Source of the DNA: Thiobacillaceae bacterium
GTDB lineage: Bacteria > Pseudomonadota > Gammaproteobacteria > Burkholderiales > Thiobacillaceae
Length of the DNA stretch: 64,000 nt
NCBI GenBank assembly: GCA_049578545.1
Contig: JBAUMF010000093.1
Coordinates: 31,117-95,116 of the forward strand
Direction of reading: 5' to 3'
Below are positions 10,356 to 21,162 of the stretch, in pieces. A program made the position numbers and the translations under genes. The notes beneath the pieces are model-generated. The model had not been told where the DNA came from. It did no database searches and saw only the letters and a program-made list of their open reading frames with translations. The stretch's first letter is position 1; every line of letters starts with the position of its first letter.

Positions 10356-12185
10356 ATGCAGCATTTTACCCCCAGAGCGCAGATGGCCCACGTTAGCAAA
10401 CATTCTCCTCCCGGCCCTGCCGACTGGAAAACACTGCTCAAGGTGACGCCCTATCTGTGGGAACACCGGGGCCGGGTGCTGGTCGCCATTGCATGTCTGG
10501 TGCTGGCCAAGCTTGCCACCGTTGCCGTTCCCATTACCCTGAAATACGTGGTCGATGATCTCGACCCCACAAAGGGACCACTGGCCGTCCCGGTCTTTCT
10601 GGTGGTGGCCTATGGCGTGCTGCGCCTGATGACCACGCTGTTCAACGACCTGCGCGACATCGTGTTCGCCCGGGTGACCCAGGGTACGATCCGTCGCGTG
10701 GGACTAGAGGTGTTTCGCCACCTGCACAACCTGTCGCTGCGTTTTCACCTGGATCGCCAGACCGGCGGCATTACCCGTGACGTTGAGCGGGGTGCCCAGG
10801 GGATCTCCGCTCTGGTCAATTATTTCCTGTTCCGAATTGCACCGACATTGCTGGAAATTGCATTGGTGGGCGGCATCCTGCTGGTGAAATTTGACTGGGT
10901 GTTTGCCGCAATTACAGTGGGCGTGCTGCTGCTGTATATCGCCATGACCATCGGGGTGACGGAATGGCGCACCCAGTTCCGGCGCAGGATGAACGAACTC
11001 GATTCCCAGGCCAATACGCGGGCGGTCGACAGTCTGATCAACTACGAAACGGTCAAGTACTTTGGTAATGAAAAGTTTGAGGTGGACCGCTATGACAATA
11101 GTCTGAAGCAATGGGAGGAAGCGTCGGTCAAGAGCCAGACGTCACTATCACTGCTGAATGTCGGGCAGGCGGCAATCATTGCCCTGGGCATGACGCTGAT
11201 CCTGCTCAAGGCGGCCAGCGGGGTGGCGGACAAGACGCTGACCCTGGGTGACCTGGTGATGATCAACGCCTTTCTCATCCAGCTCTTTATACCGCTCAAT
11301 TTCCTCGGCGTGATGTATCGGGAAATCAAGCAGTCGCTGACCGACATCGAGCGCATGTTCAAGCTTCTGCGCAGTGAACTTGAAATAAGGGATAAGCCTG
11401 ATGCACCGGCTCTGAAACTCAAAGGCGGCGTGGTCCGGTTTGAAAATGTCAGCTTTGCCTACGATACCGAGCGACCGATCCTGCATGAGGTGAGTTTCGA
11501 AATTCCTGCCGGGCATAATATCGCAGTGGTGGGTACCAGTGGCGCCGGCAAGTCCACTTTGGCTCGTCTGCTGTTTCGTTTTTACGATGTGACCGGTGGC
11601 CGGGTGACGGTGGACGGCCAAGATATACGCAACGTCACCCAGGATTCATTGCGAGCTGCAATCGGCATCGTGCCGCAGGACACCGTGCTGTTCAACGACA
11701 CGCTTTATTACAACGTGGCTTATGGCCGGCCTGACGCGGCGCGTGAAGAAGTGATGGCCGCTGCCCGTTCTGCCCACCTGCAGCACTTTATCGAATCCTT
11801 GCCCAGGCAGTGGGATACGGTGGTAGGAGAACGTGGCCTCAAACTCTCCGGAGGTGAAAAGCAGCGCGTGGCCATTGCCCGTACCCTGTTGAAGAATCCC
11901 AAGATACTGGTGCTGGACGAAGCGACCTCTGCCCTGGATACGCGCACAGAACGCATCATTCAGGGCGAACTGCGAGAGATTGCTGGCGGCCGCACCACCC
12001 TGACCATCGCCCACCGGTTGTCCACGATTGTGGATGCTGATGAAATTCTGGTCATGGAATATGGTCGGATCGTCGAACGCGGACGCCATGCCGAGCTTCT
12101 TGTCCTGGGCGGCATCTATGCACGGCTGTGGGCGCTGCAACTGCAAGAGGAACGTAACAAACCGCCGGAAGCCGTTGCCGCATGA
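10356..12185 (+). CDS. ABCB/Atm1-type ABC exporter (fused permease + ATPase)
   Basis: 6-TM N-terminal domain plus an NBD with GTSGAGKST, LSGGEKQRVAIAR and ILVLDEATSALD. An alternative start is at 10383. Confidence 0.9.
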   Translation: MQHFTPRAQMAHVSKHSPPGPADWKTLLKVTPYLWEHRGRVLVAIACLVLAKLATVAVPITLKYVVDDLDPTKGPLAVPVFLVVAYGVLRLMTTLFNDLRDIVFARVTQGTIRRVGLEVFRHLHNLSLRFHLDRQTGGITRDVERGAQGISALVNYFLFRIAPTLLEIALVGGILLVKFDWVFAAITVGVLLLYIAMTIGVTEWRTQFRRRMNELDSQANTRAVDSLINYETVKYFGNEKFEVDRYDNSLKQWEEASVKSQTSLSLLNVGQAAIIALGMTLILLKAASGVADKTLTLGDLVMINAFLIQLFIPLNFLGVMYREIKQSLTDIERMFKLLRSELEIRDKPDAPALKLKGGVVRFENVSFAYDTERPILHEVSFEIPAGHNIAVVGTSGAGKSTLARLLFRFYDVTGGRVTVDGQDIRNVTQDSLRAAIGIVPQDTVLFNDTLYYNVAYGRPDAAREEVMAAARSAHLQHFIESLPRQWDTVVGERGLKLSGGEKQRVAIARTLLKNPKILVLDEATSALDTRTERIIQGELREIAGGRTTLTIAHRLSTIVDADEILVMEYGRIVERGRHAELLVLGGIYARLWALQLQEERNKPPEAVAA

Positions 12186-13498
12186 GCCTGTCGATCCCTG
12201 TCAAGGCTCTTTCCTGGGCCGAAGGTGAGCCTGTCCTATCCGCTCTGCGCCGCGCAGTTTTTATCGAAGAACAAGGAGTTCCCGAAGAACTGGAATGGGA
12301 CGGCGCGGATCGCCATGCCCTGCATTTCCTCGCCACGGTTGATAACAAACCGGTGGGCTGCGCCCGCCTGCTGCCTGATGGACATGTCGGCCGCATGGCG
12401 GTATTGAACGAGTGGCGGGGCAGGGGAGTTGGACGGCGGCTAATGAAAGTCATCCTGATGGAGGCAGAAAAGCTCAGGCTCGGCCATCTTTTCCTCAACG
12501 CCCAGGCCCGGGCTGCGGGGTTTTATTTGAAATATGGTTTTAATCTGGTGGGCGGAGAATTTCCCGACGCCAACATCCCGCACGTACGCATGGAGAAAAC
12601 TTTGGACAATTTCAGCGAAACCCTCAATGCCCGCTTTGGGCTGCCCGGCCAACTGCGCATCCAGGATGCCGCCCCCGGGATCCCGGTCATCGAAGTAACC
12701 ACGCCGGATGCCATGGCACGTATTGCCGTGCAGGGAGGCCAGGTACTGGAATGGCAACCCAGGGGGCACAAGCCCGTGATCTGGATTTCCAGGGCGGCGG
12801 TGTATCAGGCCGGCAAAGGCGTAAGGGGTGGTGTGCCCGTCTGCTGGCCCTGGTTTGGCGCAGGTGAGCAGGGCACGCCTGCCCATGGCTTTGTCCGCAC
12901 CCGCATGTGGGAAGTACGCGAAACCCGGGAAGATCTGGCAGCTACGGTGCTGGTGCGACTGGGCATCAAGGATGACGAATCGACCCGGGCAATCTGGAAT
13001 CATGCCTTTGACCTGGAACTGATCGTGACTGTGGGCGCAGCGCTGAAGATTGAACTCGTGACGCGCAATACCGGAACGTCCCCGTTTACCATCACCGATG
13101 CTTTGCACACGTATTTGCGCGTCGGCGATATCCACCAGACCCAGGTTACGGGACTGGAAGACACAAGCTACCTGGACAAGGTGGGGGACGTCAGACGTGC
13201 ACAGCAGACCGGACCAATTGCATTCACCGGCGAAACCGATCGGGTTTACCAGAACACGACAGCGGACTGCCTGATCCATGACGTTGCATTGAGCCGCAAG
13301 ATACGAATCGCGAAATCAGGCAGCACTTCAACTGTGGTCTGGAACCCATGGATCGACAAGGAAAAAACCTTTTCAGACATGGCGCCGGGCGAATATCGGG
13401 AAATGCTGTGCGTTGAAACCACCAATGCCGGCGAAGACGAGATCACGATCCCTGTCGGGGGCAAGCATAGCCTCGTTGCGTTTATCGGCGTCGAGTAA
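12182..13498 (+). CDS. Fusion protein: GNAT N-acetyltransferase + D-hexose-6-phosphate mutarotase (YeaD/aldose-1-epimerase-like)
   Basis: N-terminal part has the GNAT motif NEWRGRGVGRRLM. C-terminal part has GGVPVCWPWFG, AHGFVRTRMWEV, ALHTYLRV, DRVY and VVWNPW, as in YeaD. It is a single uninterrupted frame, and its ATG overlaps the exporter stop (ATGA). Confidence 0.8.
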   Translation: MSLSIPVKALSWAEGEPVLSALRRAVFIEEQGVPEELEWDGADRHALHFLATVDNKPVGCARLLPDGHVGRMAVLNEWRGRGVGRRLMKVILMEAEKLRLGHLFLNAQARAAGFYLKYGFNLVGGEFPDANIPHVRMEKTLDNFSETLNARFGLPGQLRIQDAAPGIPVIEVTTPDAMARIAVQGGQVLEWQPRGHKPVIWISRAAVYQAGKGVRGGVPVCWPWFGAGEQGTPAHGFVRTRMWEVRETREDLAATVLVRLGIKDDESTRAIWNHAFDLELIVTVGAALKIELVTRNTGTSPFTITDALHTYLRVGDIHQTQVTGLEDTSYLDKVGDVRRAQQTGPIAFTGETDRVYQNTTADCLIHDVALSRKIRIAKSGSTSTVVWNPWIDKEKTFSDMAPGEYREMLCVETTNAGEDEITIPVGGKHSLVAFIGVE

Positions 13499-13705
13499 GT
13501 GAAACTGCGCGCTCGGCGGAGTGCTTCTCCAGAGCTCCATAACCATGAGCCGTTTGGGACGCCAAGTCGCAGGATGGGCGCCTTTCCTGTCTTGTCGAAA
13601 GATCGTCATCTTCGCCTTCATCTCCCAAGTTTATTGCCGATATCCCATGGGAGGGGCCGGACTCCTGTCCAGTCCGGTGTAATCATTTTCTAAAAGCCAA
13701 AGAAC

Positions 13706-16700
13706 GTGCTCAAAACTGACCAGGGCATCACCAAAGCCTCAGGTTCATCAGAATCCGACCTTGATCGGGCTTCAAACATTGTTGTTCCGCTCCCTGCTCA
13801 AACTATATCGGAGCTATTCCATCGTGAGCTGATTGACAGTATCGCCGACGCCATTTATATCCAGGACGAGCAGGGCCGTTTCCTGGATGTCAATGCGGGG
13901 GCGGTGGCCATGTACGGTTATCCCCGCGAGTATTTTATTGGCAAGACCCCGGGTCATCTGGCTGCACCTGGACGTAATGATTTGAACGCCTTGGCCCAGT
14001 TACATCAGAAAGCGCTAACCGGACAACCTCAACACCTGGAATTTTGGGGAATGCGGGCAAACGGCGAGCAGTTCCCCAAAGATGTAAGCCTCATGCCTAC
14101 AACCTACGCGGGACACGCCGCAGTAGTCGCAGTAGGTCGAGATATCAGCAAACAGAAGCAGGCCGAGATGCAGGTTCACCGGCTTAACCGGTTGTATGCA
14201 GTCCTTGGCGGAATCAACGAAATCATTGTTCGTTGTCATGATGCAAAGACCCTGTTCAGGGAGGCTTGCCGAATCGCTGTGGAAGAGGGCGGGTTCCGCA
14301 TGGCCTGGGTCGGGCTGGCAGATCCGGCCACAAAGAAAATCGTTCCTGAGGCTTACAGCGGCACCGCCGGCGACTATCTTGATCACCTGCATATTTCCAG
14401 AACAGCGGATGCACGGGGACGTGGCCCCACAGGGCAGGCCTTCCGTCTGGGAAGATCTGTGGTGTGTAATGACATCGCAACGGATGAGCGCATGGCCCCG
14501 TGGCGCGAGGATGCCCTGCATCTGGGTTATCGGGCATCCGCCGCGTTTCCAATTCGTGTTCGAGAAGATCTGCGCGCGATCTTTTCCCTCTATTCCGATA
14601 TGGTGGATTTTTTCGACACAGAGGAAGTCCGCCTTCTTGAACGACTCACGCAAAACATAGGCTTTGCTCTGGAGGTCATTGACATGGAATCTCGGCGTCT
14701 CGAAGCCGAGGAAATGCTCCTGATCAAGGAACGAGCGCTGTCGACCTCCATCAATGGCATTGCCATGGCCAACCTGGAAGGTCATCTGACTTATGTAAAC
14801 CAGGCTTTTCTTGACCTTTGGGGGTACGAAGGCGAGAAGGAGGTGTTGGGCCGGTCAACCCTTGAATTCTGGGCGTCACCCGAGCAGGCCAGTAAGGTCA
14901 TTCAACAAATTTTCCTGACGGGGTCCGCCAGAGGCGATCTGACAGGCAGGCGCAAGGATGGAAACACCTTTACTGCACAAATGTCGGCAAACATGGTTAC
15001 TGATCCCGCTGGCAAACCAATATGCATGCTGGGTGCGTTCATTGATATCTCAGAGCACAAGACGTCAGAAAGAATGATTCAGCGCGATCGGGAGCAACAG
15101 TCGATCTTGCGGGGGATGTTGGAAGCCGTGCTGAAGGGGGGAGCATTTGAGCAAACGCTGGATTATTGCCTGAAGCAGGTACTGGCCGTGTCCTGGCTTT
15201 CTCTCTTGCCCAAAGGGGGCATCTTCCTGATCGATGAAAATCGACAATCCCTGCGATTGACGGTGTCGCGGGACCTTTCCCCAAAGATCATGTCTCTTTG
15301 CGATCGCGTGCCCCTTGGCAAGTGCCACTGCGGGCGCGCGGCGGCGACCCGCCAGCTGCAATTCTCCCATTGTGTGGATGGGGGTCATGAGATCAGCTAT
15401 CCAGGCATGGTCGACCATGGGCACTACAACATGCCCCTCCTGTCTGAGGGAGAGGTGCTCGGCGTGATGGTTCTTTATCTACCCCACGGCTTCAAGCGCG
15501 ATCCAGCCAAGGAACAGTTTCTTTCCTCCGTAACCGATATTCTGGCTGGTTTCGTCAGGCGCAAACGGCATGAAGACAGTTTGCGGCTGTCTTCAGCTGT
15601 CATCAAGAGTACCCATGATGCGGTAATGATTACCGATCTCAATCGCCGCATTCTGAGCATCAACCCTTCATTCACGGAGATTACCGGCTACACCGAGGCA
15701 GAAGCGATTGGACAGACGCCAAAGCTGCTCTACTCACAGCGGCACGACGATTCGTTCTATAGGCAAATGTGGACATCCATCGCCGACGCAGGCTACTGGC
15801 AGGGAGAAATATGGAATCGCCGCAAGAACGGTGAGTTATATCCCGAATGGCTAACCCTGAGCACGGTACGTGACGAGAAAGGGGAAGTCGTCAACTATGT
15901 AGGTGTGTTCAGCGACATCAGCCAGGTCAAGCAGGTTGAAGAGAGGCTGGAACGTCTTGCGCACTATGATGCCCTCACCGACTTGCCCAATCGTCTGCTC
16001 CTGCAGTCGCGTCTCAAGCACGCCGTCGAGCAGGCTCGGCGCGATCATCGAAGCCTGGCGGTGTTATTTCTGGATCTTGATCGGTTCAAACACGTCAATG
16101 ACAGCCTCGGCCACCCGGCTGGAGACGAATTACTCCAGATCGTGGCCAAGCGCCTTCTTAGCCGCTTGCGCGAAGTGGACACCCTCGCTCGTGTAGGAGG
16201 TGACGAGTTCGTTGTCCTGCTCGAATCTCTCGTTGATCCCAATGACGCAGCCAATCTCGCTCAAGCCCTGATCAAGTTGATCAAGGAACCCATCTATCTA
16301 AATGGAGGCAGGGAGGTCTATGTCGGGGCGAGTGTAGGCATCAGTATCTTTCCGGAAGATGGCAGCAGTGCAGAACAGCTGATCCGCAACGCCGATACGG
16401 CGATGTACCAGGCCAAGGAGGGCGGACGCGGCACTTTCCATTACTACACGGAGGCCATGACCCGCCGGGTCGAGCACAGACTCGACCTGGAAGCTCGATT
16501 GCGTCGCGCATTGACGCAGAACGAATTCATTCTCCACTATCAACCCTTGATATCGCTAGCCGATGGCCGGTGCAAGGGGGTAGAGGCTCTGGTGCGCTGG
16601 AATGATGCAGATGCCGGCCTGGTCTCACCCGGTCAGTTTATTCCCCTTGCTGAGGAAACCGGGCTTATTCTGCCGCTGGGGGAATGGGTATTGCAAACGG

Positions 16701-17272
16701 CCTGTCGGCAGTTCAAAGCCTGGCGCGATGCGGGTCTGTACCTGGAAACCATCGCAATCAACCTGTCTCCCACCCAGTTCAAGCAATCGGACATACGCAA
16801 GCGCATAGCCGCTTGTCTGGCCGAAAGTGGATTGCCCCCTTCCTGCCTTGAGCTGGAAATAACCGAGAGCGCAATTATGGAACAGGGACCTGGTGCCATC
16901 CTGAAACTCGCCGCGCTCAAGGATTTGGGGGTACGTATTGCCATTGACGACTTCGGCACCGGTTATTCCTCACTTGCCTATTTGAAGGATTTCCCTATCG
17001 ATAAACTCAAGATTGACCAAAGCTTTGTCAGGGACATTCCAAAGAATTCTGCAACGGCTGAAATTGCAGCCATCATTATCGCCATGGCCAAGACCTTGAA
17101 GCTCGAGTCATTGGCTGAGGGCGTTGAACTGCAGGAACAACTCCTGTTTCTCAAGAGCAAGGGTTGTGATTCCTGCCAGGGATACCTGTTCAGCCGGCCG
17201 GTTCCAGCAGAAACGATACCGGTCCTCCTGAAATACGGGAGAAAAGGTCTTGTTCTCGCACCGAATAACTGA
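13706..17272 (+). CDS. Multidomain c-di-GMP signalling protein (PAS-GAF-PAS-GAF-PAS-GGDEF-EAL)
   Basis: 1188 aa. GGDEF site RVGGDEFVV with an upstream RxxD (REVD). EAL motifs EALVRW and DDFGTGYSSL. Several PAS-like blocks. GTG start as given in the ORF track. Confidence 0.9.
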   Translation: MLKTDQGITKASGSSESDLDRASNIVVPLPAQTISELFHRELIDSIADAIYIQDEQGRFLDVNAGAVAMYGYPREYFIGKTPGHLAAPGRNDLNALAQLHQKALTGQPQHLEFWGMRANGEQFPKDVSLMPTTYAGHAAVVAVGRDISKQKQAEMQVHRLNRLYAVLGGINEIIVRCHDAKTLFREACRIAVEEGGFRMAWVGLADPATKKIVPEAYSGTAGDYLDHLHISRTADARGRGPTGQAFRLGRSVVCNDIATDERMAPWREDALHLGYRASAAFPIRVREDLRAIFSLYSDMVDFFDTEEVRLLERLTQNIGFALEVIDMESRRLEAEEMLLIKERALSTSINGIAMANLEGHLTYVNQAFLDLWGYEGEKEVLGRSTLEFWASPEQASKVIQQIFLTGSARGDLTGRRKDGNTFTAQMSANMVTDPAGKPICMLGAFIDISEHKTSERMIQRDREQQSILRGMLEAVLKGGAFEQTLDYCLKQVLAVSWLSLLPKGGIFLIDENRQSLRLTVSRDLSPKIMSLCDRVPLGKCHCGRAAATRQLQFSHCVDGGHEISYPGMVDHGHYNMPLLSEGEVLGVMVLYLPHGFKRDPAKEQFLSSVTDILAGFVRRKRHEDSLRLSSAVIKSTHDAVMITDLNRRILSINPSFTEITGYTEAEAIGQTPKLLYSQRHDDSFYRQMWTSIADAGYWQGEIWNRRKNGELYPEWLTLSTVRDEKGEVVNYVGVFSDISQVKQVEERLERLAHYDALTDLPNRLLLQSRLKHAVEQARRDHRSLAVLFLDLDRFKHVNDSLGHPAGDELLQIVAKRLLSRLREVDTLARVGGDEFVVLLESLVDPNDAANLAQALIKLIKEPIYLNGGREVYVGASVGISIFPEDGSSAEQLIRNADTAMYQAKEGGRGTFHYYTEAMTRRVEHRLDLEARLRRALTQNEFILHYQPLISLADGRCKGVEALVRWNDADAGLVSPGQFIPLAEETGLILPLGEWVLQTACRQFKAWRDAGLYLETIAINLSPTQFKQSDIRKRIAACLAESGLPPSCLELEITESAIMEQGPGAILKLAALKDLGVRIAIDDFGTGYSSLAYLKDFPIDKLKIDQSFVRDIPKNSATAEIAAIIIAMAKTLKLESLAEGVELQEQLLFLKSKGCDSCQGYLFSRPVPAETIPVLLKYGRKGLVLAPNN

Positions 17273-17559
17273 GGGATGTTTTCCAAATCGGTCGAAGCGA
17301 AGGCATGACCGCCTGGTTCGGACAGATGGATACTCTGCTTGAAGGACGATGCTGTTCCTATAGGGCCTGGTCCATGGGTCAAGGCGGGGAATTCAACGAC
17401 GCAACGAACCCGTGAGGCTTCGCCAAGACTGGAAACCTGTGCAGTCTCTCTCAGCCGAAGAGGCACAATTACGCAGCTGTGAGCCAGCGACAGCACGTTC
17501 TGAATCAAGCCGGGATGGGGGGATAACCCACGCCGCCCGAGCGTAAGGTAATCGTATTC

Positions 17560-18648
17560 ATGCGTTTCATCCTGGTCTTTCTCCTGTACGGCGGCATTCA
17601 GATCTACTTTGCGACCAAGGCCGTTCATGCCTTCAATCTCGCAAGGTGGGGCTGGGTGCTGGCCATGGCCTGGGCATTGTTAATGACAGCCGGTCCGCTA
17701 TTGCAATGGCGACTGGAACGTTGCGCAAATTGCCATATTCTCGCCGTCAGCAGCGCCTGGATAGTGTTCGGCTGGATGGGGTTTTCCTTTCTCTTCATCT
17801 GGCTCGGCCTGGCGATGGATCTTTATAGCTTGGCAGCGCGCGTGGCAATCCTGCCGGTGCCAGCGGCTCGCCCTGCATTCCTGGTAGTAGCGTCGCTGAC
17901 CATGTTGTTGTGGAGTGCCGGTTTCTATTCCGCAAGGCATCCCAGAGTGGAGCGGGTAACGATCTACTCGGACAAACTTCCTCCTGGTCAAAGCCTGCGA
18001 ATTGCGCAGATTTCTGACCTGCATCTGGGCATACTTATCGGGAAACAACGGCTCGACTCCATCCTGCAGCAGCTCAAGGAACTTCAACCCGATATACTGG
18101 TTTCTACAGGCGATCTGGTTGACGCTGAAGCCCATTATCTGGATGGCCTGTCGTCGCGTTTTGCAGCCTACCGCCCTCGTTATGGCAAATTTGCCATCAC
18201 AGGAAACCATGAGCGCTACGCGGGGCTGGAGCACGCACTGGATTTCCATGTTCGCTCCGGCTTTAAAGTGCTGCGATGGAAATCTGTGGATGTGACTGAA
18301 GCAGTCACACTGGTCGGTGTTGACGACCCGGCCGTGCGCGCAAGTAAAACAGACGAAGTGAACATACTGTCCACTATTCCTGCCAACCGCTTTGTTGTAC
18401 TGCTCAAGCACCAGCCTGTCATCAACCCTCAGTCCCGCTTTGACCTGCAACTCTCTGGACACACTCACAATGGCCAGATCTTTCCTTTTGGACTGTTGGT
18501 CAAGACAATTTATCCCATGAATAACGGCCGCTATGACTTACCTAATGGCAGCCAGCTCTATGTCAGTCGTGGAACCGGTACCTGGGGACCGCCTATCCGC
18601 ATTCTGTCTCCGCCTGAAATCACCCTGATCGAATTGAAAAGTCGGTAG
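17560..18648 (+). CDS. Membrane-anchored metallophosphoesterase
   Basis: N-terminal TM bundle, then calcineurin-like motifs QISDLHLG, GDLVD, GNHE and GHTHNG. Confidence 0.85.
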   Translation: MRFILVFLLYGGIQIYFATKAVHAFNLARWGWVLAMAWALLMTAGPLLQWRLERCANCHILAVSSAWIVFGWMGFSFLFIWLGLAMDLYSLAARVAILPVPAARPAFLVVASLTMLLWSAGFYSARHPRVERVTIYSDKLPPGQSLRIAQISDLHLGILIGKQRLDSILQQLKELQPDILVSTGDLVDAEAHYLDGLSSRFAAYRPRYGKFAITGNHERYAGLEHALDFHVRSGFKVLRWKSVDVTEAVTLVGVDDPAVRASKTDEVNILSTIPANRFVVLLKHQPVINPQSRFDLQLSGHTHNGQIFPFGLLVKTIYPMNNGRYDLPNGSQLYVSRGTGTWGPPIRILSPPEITLIELKSR

Positions 18649-18819
18649 GGCCGGTTCAAGGCGCTCAGCGTTTGGTTGGCGCTTATGCTGGCGATGAGGT
18701 GCCACTGATTAAGGGCATCACATGAACAAGACGAAAGTGACCGGAAAAGCGCATTTCCGGCCCGCAACAAATATGCTTCGTGTGAACCTTCATGCAACTT
18801 TACTCAGACATAATGAATC

Positions 18820-19716
18820 ATGGCTTTTGACTTGAATCACGCTGGTCGTCGTTGCAGGGTGCTAGGTGCGGCATCCGGATTGGGTTTTACCGACCACGGT
18901 TGTGCCTTGGCCCCGGACAGGCTTCGGCAGGCAGGCAGCAAGCTCTTGTTGAGCGCTGGCGGAACCCTCGATTGGGAAGGGATCATCCGGGTTAGTGATA
19001 CGGTGGATGGCACACCACTTGGAGCCGTGTCCCGTTTCAACCATCGTCTTGCCCAGCGGGTCGACACCGTTGCGCAGGATAGCAATCTGCTCACCGTGAT
19101 TGGCGGCGATCATTCCATTGCACCCGGGACCTGGGCCGGCGTGCGTCATGCACTCGGCGGGCCGCTGGGCCTGATCTGGATCGATGCCCACCCCGATGCA
19201 CAAACTCCGGAGACCACACACACCGGAAATATTCACGGCATGCCACTGGCCGCTCTGCTGGGCCAGGGGCCAGGACAGCTGATCGACGTACTGGGCGATG
19301 TACCGATCGTCAACCCCGCCCACGTCATCGTAATCGGGGTGCGCGCGGTTGAACCGGAGGAGATGGCATTGCTCAGCAAGCTGGGTGTTCGGGTGGTTGA
19401 AATGGGTAAGGTCGTACAACGCGGGTTGGCGAGTGTGCTGATGGAAGCGGTGGAGATTGTCACCCGGGGCACAGCAGGATTCGGCATCAGTCTCGACATG
19501 GATGTAATTGATCCTTCAGCTGCGCCGGGCGTAAACAAGCCGGTACCTGGTGGCATCCTGGCAGACGGCTTGATTGAGGTCCTGCGTGTCGTGCGCCGCG
19601 ATGTTCGGCTCAAGGCAGTGGAGATTGTCGAATTCAACCCGAGCCTGGATCGCGACGGGCGCACTCTGCATTTGCTGCTCAATCTGCTGGCCGCGCTCGT
19701 GTCCGATGTGGATTGA
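18820..19716 (+). CDS. Arginase-family ureohydrolase (arginase/agmatinase/formimidoylglutamase)
   Basis: Mn-binding motifs GGDHSIA, DAHPD and SLDMDVIDP. Substrate class not resolvable by eye. Confidence 0.85.
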   Translation: MAFDLNHAGRRCRVLGAASGLGFTDHGCALAPDRLRQAGSKLLLSAGGTLDWEGIIRVSDTVDGTPLGAVSRFNHRLAQRVDTVAQDSNLLTVIGGDHSIAPGTWAGVRHALGGPLGLIWIDAHPDAQTPETTHTGNIHGMPLAALLGQGPGQLIDVLGDVPIVNPAHVIVIGVRAVEPEEMALLSKLGVRVVEMGKVVQRGLASVLMEAVEIVTRGTAGFGISLDMDVIDPSAAPGVNKPVPGGILADGLIEVLRVVRRDVRLKAVEIVEFNPSLDRDGRTLHLLLNLLAALVSDVD

Positions 19717-19808
19717 GCGGATTCGCTCCTGCTGGAACAGCGATTCTGCCCCCGCATATGAGATCCGCGGGCGATGCTGCGCAGACTCGATCTGACTACT
19801 TGGGCGCG

Positions 19809-20342
19809 CTATTTTAGATAGTTGCCCACCAGTTCAGCATGAGCAAGGACATGTCCCTTCATCGCCTGTTCCAGCCTGGCCTTGCTTACCTTGCCCAGAT
19901 CCGGCAGGGCGACGTCCAGTGCATAAAGCTTGTGAAAATAGCGGTGGCGTCCAATCGGAGGGCAAGGGCCGCCATAGCCGGTACGCCCCCAGTCATTCAA
20001 ACCTTCCAGCGTGCCAGGGGGCAGATTCCTCACTCCTTCAGCCAATCCGAGAGTGGTTGGCGGAAGATTGTAGAGAACCCAATGTACCCAGGTCATGCGC
20101 GGAGCCGCTGGATCGGGTGCATCCGGATCGTCCACGATGAGTGCCAGACTTTTTGTACCAGCTGGCATTCCCGACCAGGACAGGGGAGGGGAGACATCCT
20201 GGCCCGTACAGGTGTGCTTGGCAGGGATGGGGCTGTTGTGCGCAAAGGCATTCGATGTGATCTGCATCCTGTTTACCTCCTGTGCTGAAAAGGCTGAGCC
20301 AAAGACGACGCAAGCGATAGGAAACCAACGAAATCTGCTCAT
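19809..20342 (-). CDS. YbhB/YbcL-family (PEBP/Raf kinase inhibitor-like) periplasmic protein
   Basis: Signal peptide, VDDPDAPDP, WVHWVLYN and GPCPPIGRHRYFHKLYAL. Confidence 0.85.
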   Translation of the reverse strand: MSRFRWFPIACVVFGSAFSAQEVNRMQITSNAFAHNSPIPAKHTCTGQDVSPPLSWSGMPAGTKSLALIVDDPDAPDPAAPRMTWVHWVLYNLPPTTLGLAEGVRNLPPGTLEGLNDWGRTGYGGPCPPIGRHRYFHKLYALDVALPDLGKVSKARLEQAMKGHVLAHAELVGNYLK

Positions 20343-20703
20343 CTGTCATGTCTCTGCGAACAAAACTCTCTACCCAGTTTAGCCGATAGGAGAGACGAAG
20401 ACTGGATGGGTTGCTTCAAGCGCAAGAACTTAAATGAAGTGGATTTGGATGAATCCGGGAAAGGGGGTAACCACTCGGACCTGATCGTTTTCTCACCCGA
20501 ACTCGTGCCGGACTGATCGCCTTGAAGGCCAGAAAAATTGGGGACGAGCCGCGGCAGCATCTGCACGGGCTGCCGATCGATCCAATTTCAGACTGCCATA
20601 GGCAGGAATGCAAGGAGCAAGTTCTGCGGGCGGGTCTTCTCTGAATCACCCGCTTTTGCAGACGTGGCCCACCTGGAGGGGCGGCACGTCTGCTCTTGTC
20701 ACA

Positions 20704-21000
20704 TTATTTCTTTTTTGCAGCTTTCTTGCCGGCGACGGCGGCTTTGAAGCCAGCACCTGCGGTGAAGCGGGGCACGGTGGTGGCAGGAATCTTGAGCTCT
20801 TTACCGGTCTGCGGGTTGCGGCCTGTGCGTGCGGCGCGCTTGGAAGACTTGAAGGTGCCAAAGCCGACGAGGGTAACGTTATCACCCTTGGCGACAGCCT
20901 TGACCACAGCGTTGATCATTGCATCGAGTGCCTTGCCTGCCGCGGCTTTGCTGATATCTGCTTCCTTGGCTGCGACTTCAATCATTTCAGATTTGTTCAT
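20704..21000 (-). CDS. HU-family nucleoid protein with short Lys/Ala-rich C-terminal tail
   Basis: MNKSEMIE...[28 protein letters not shown]..., ending [11 protein letters not shown]. Trimmed to the ATG at 21000; the longer ORF (21132) adds non-HU sequence. Confidence 0.85.
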   Translation of the reverse strand: MNKSEMIEVAAKEADISKAAAGKALDAMINAVVKAVAKGDNVTLVGFGTFKSSKRAARTGRNPQTGKELKIPATTVPRFTAGAGFKAAVAGKKAAKKK

Positions 21001-21162
21001 AAATACCCCTTTGGTTGGTTGCGGAATCGTGATGCTACCAGTGTTTGGCGACTTTGTGCCCAGAAAATTGTGTATCTGTTCCAGTTTTTTTGAGGCCAGT
21101 GTAGCCTGAGTCAAAACATGGCGGCCCCGCACAGAGGCCGGCTGATATAGTGCGTCAAACCG

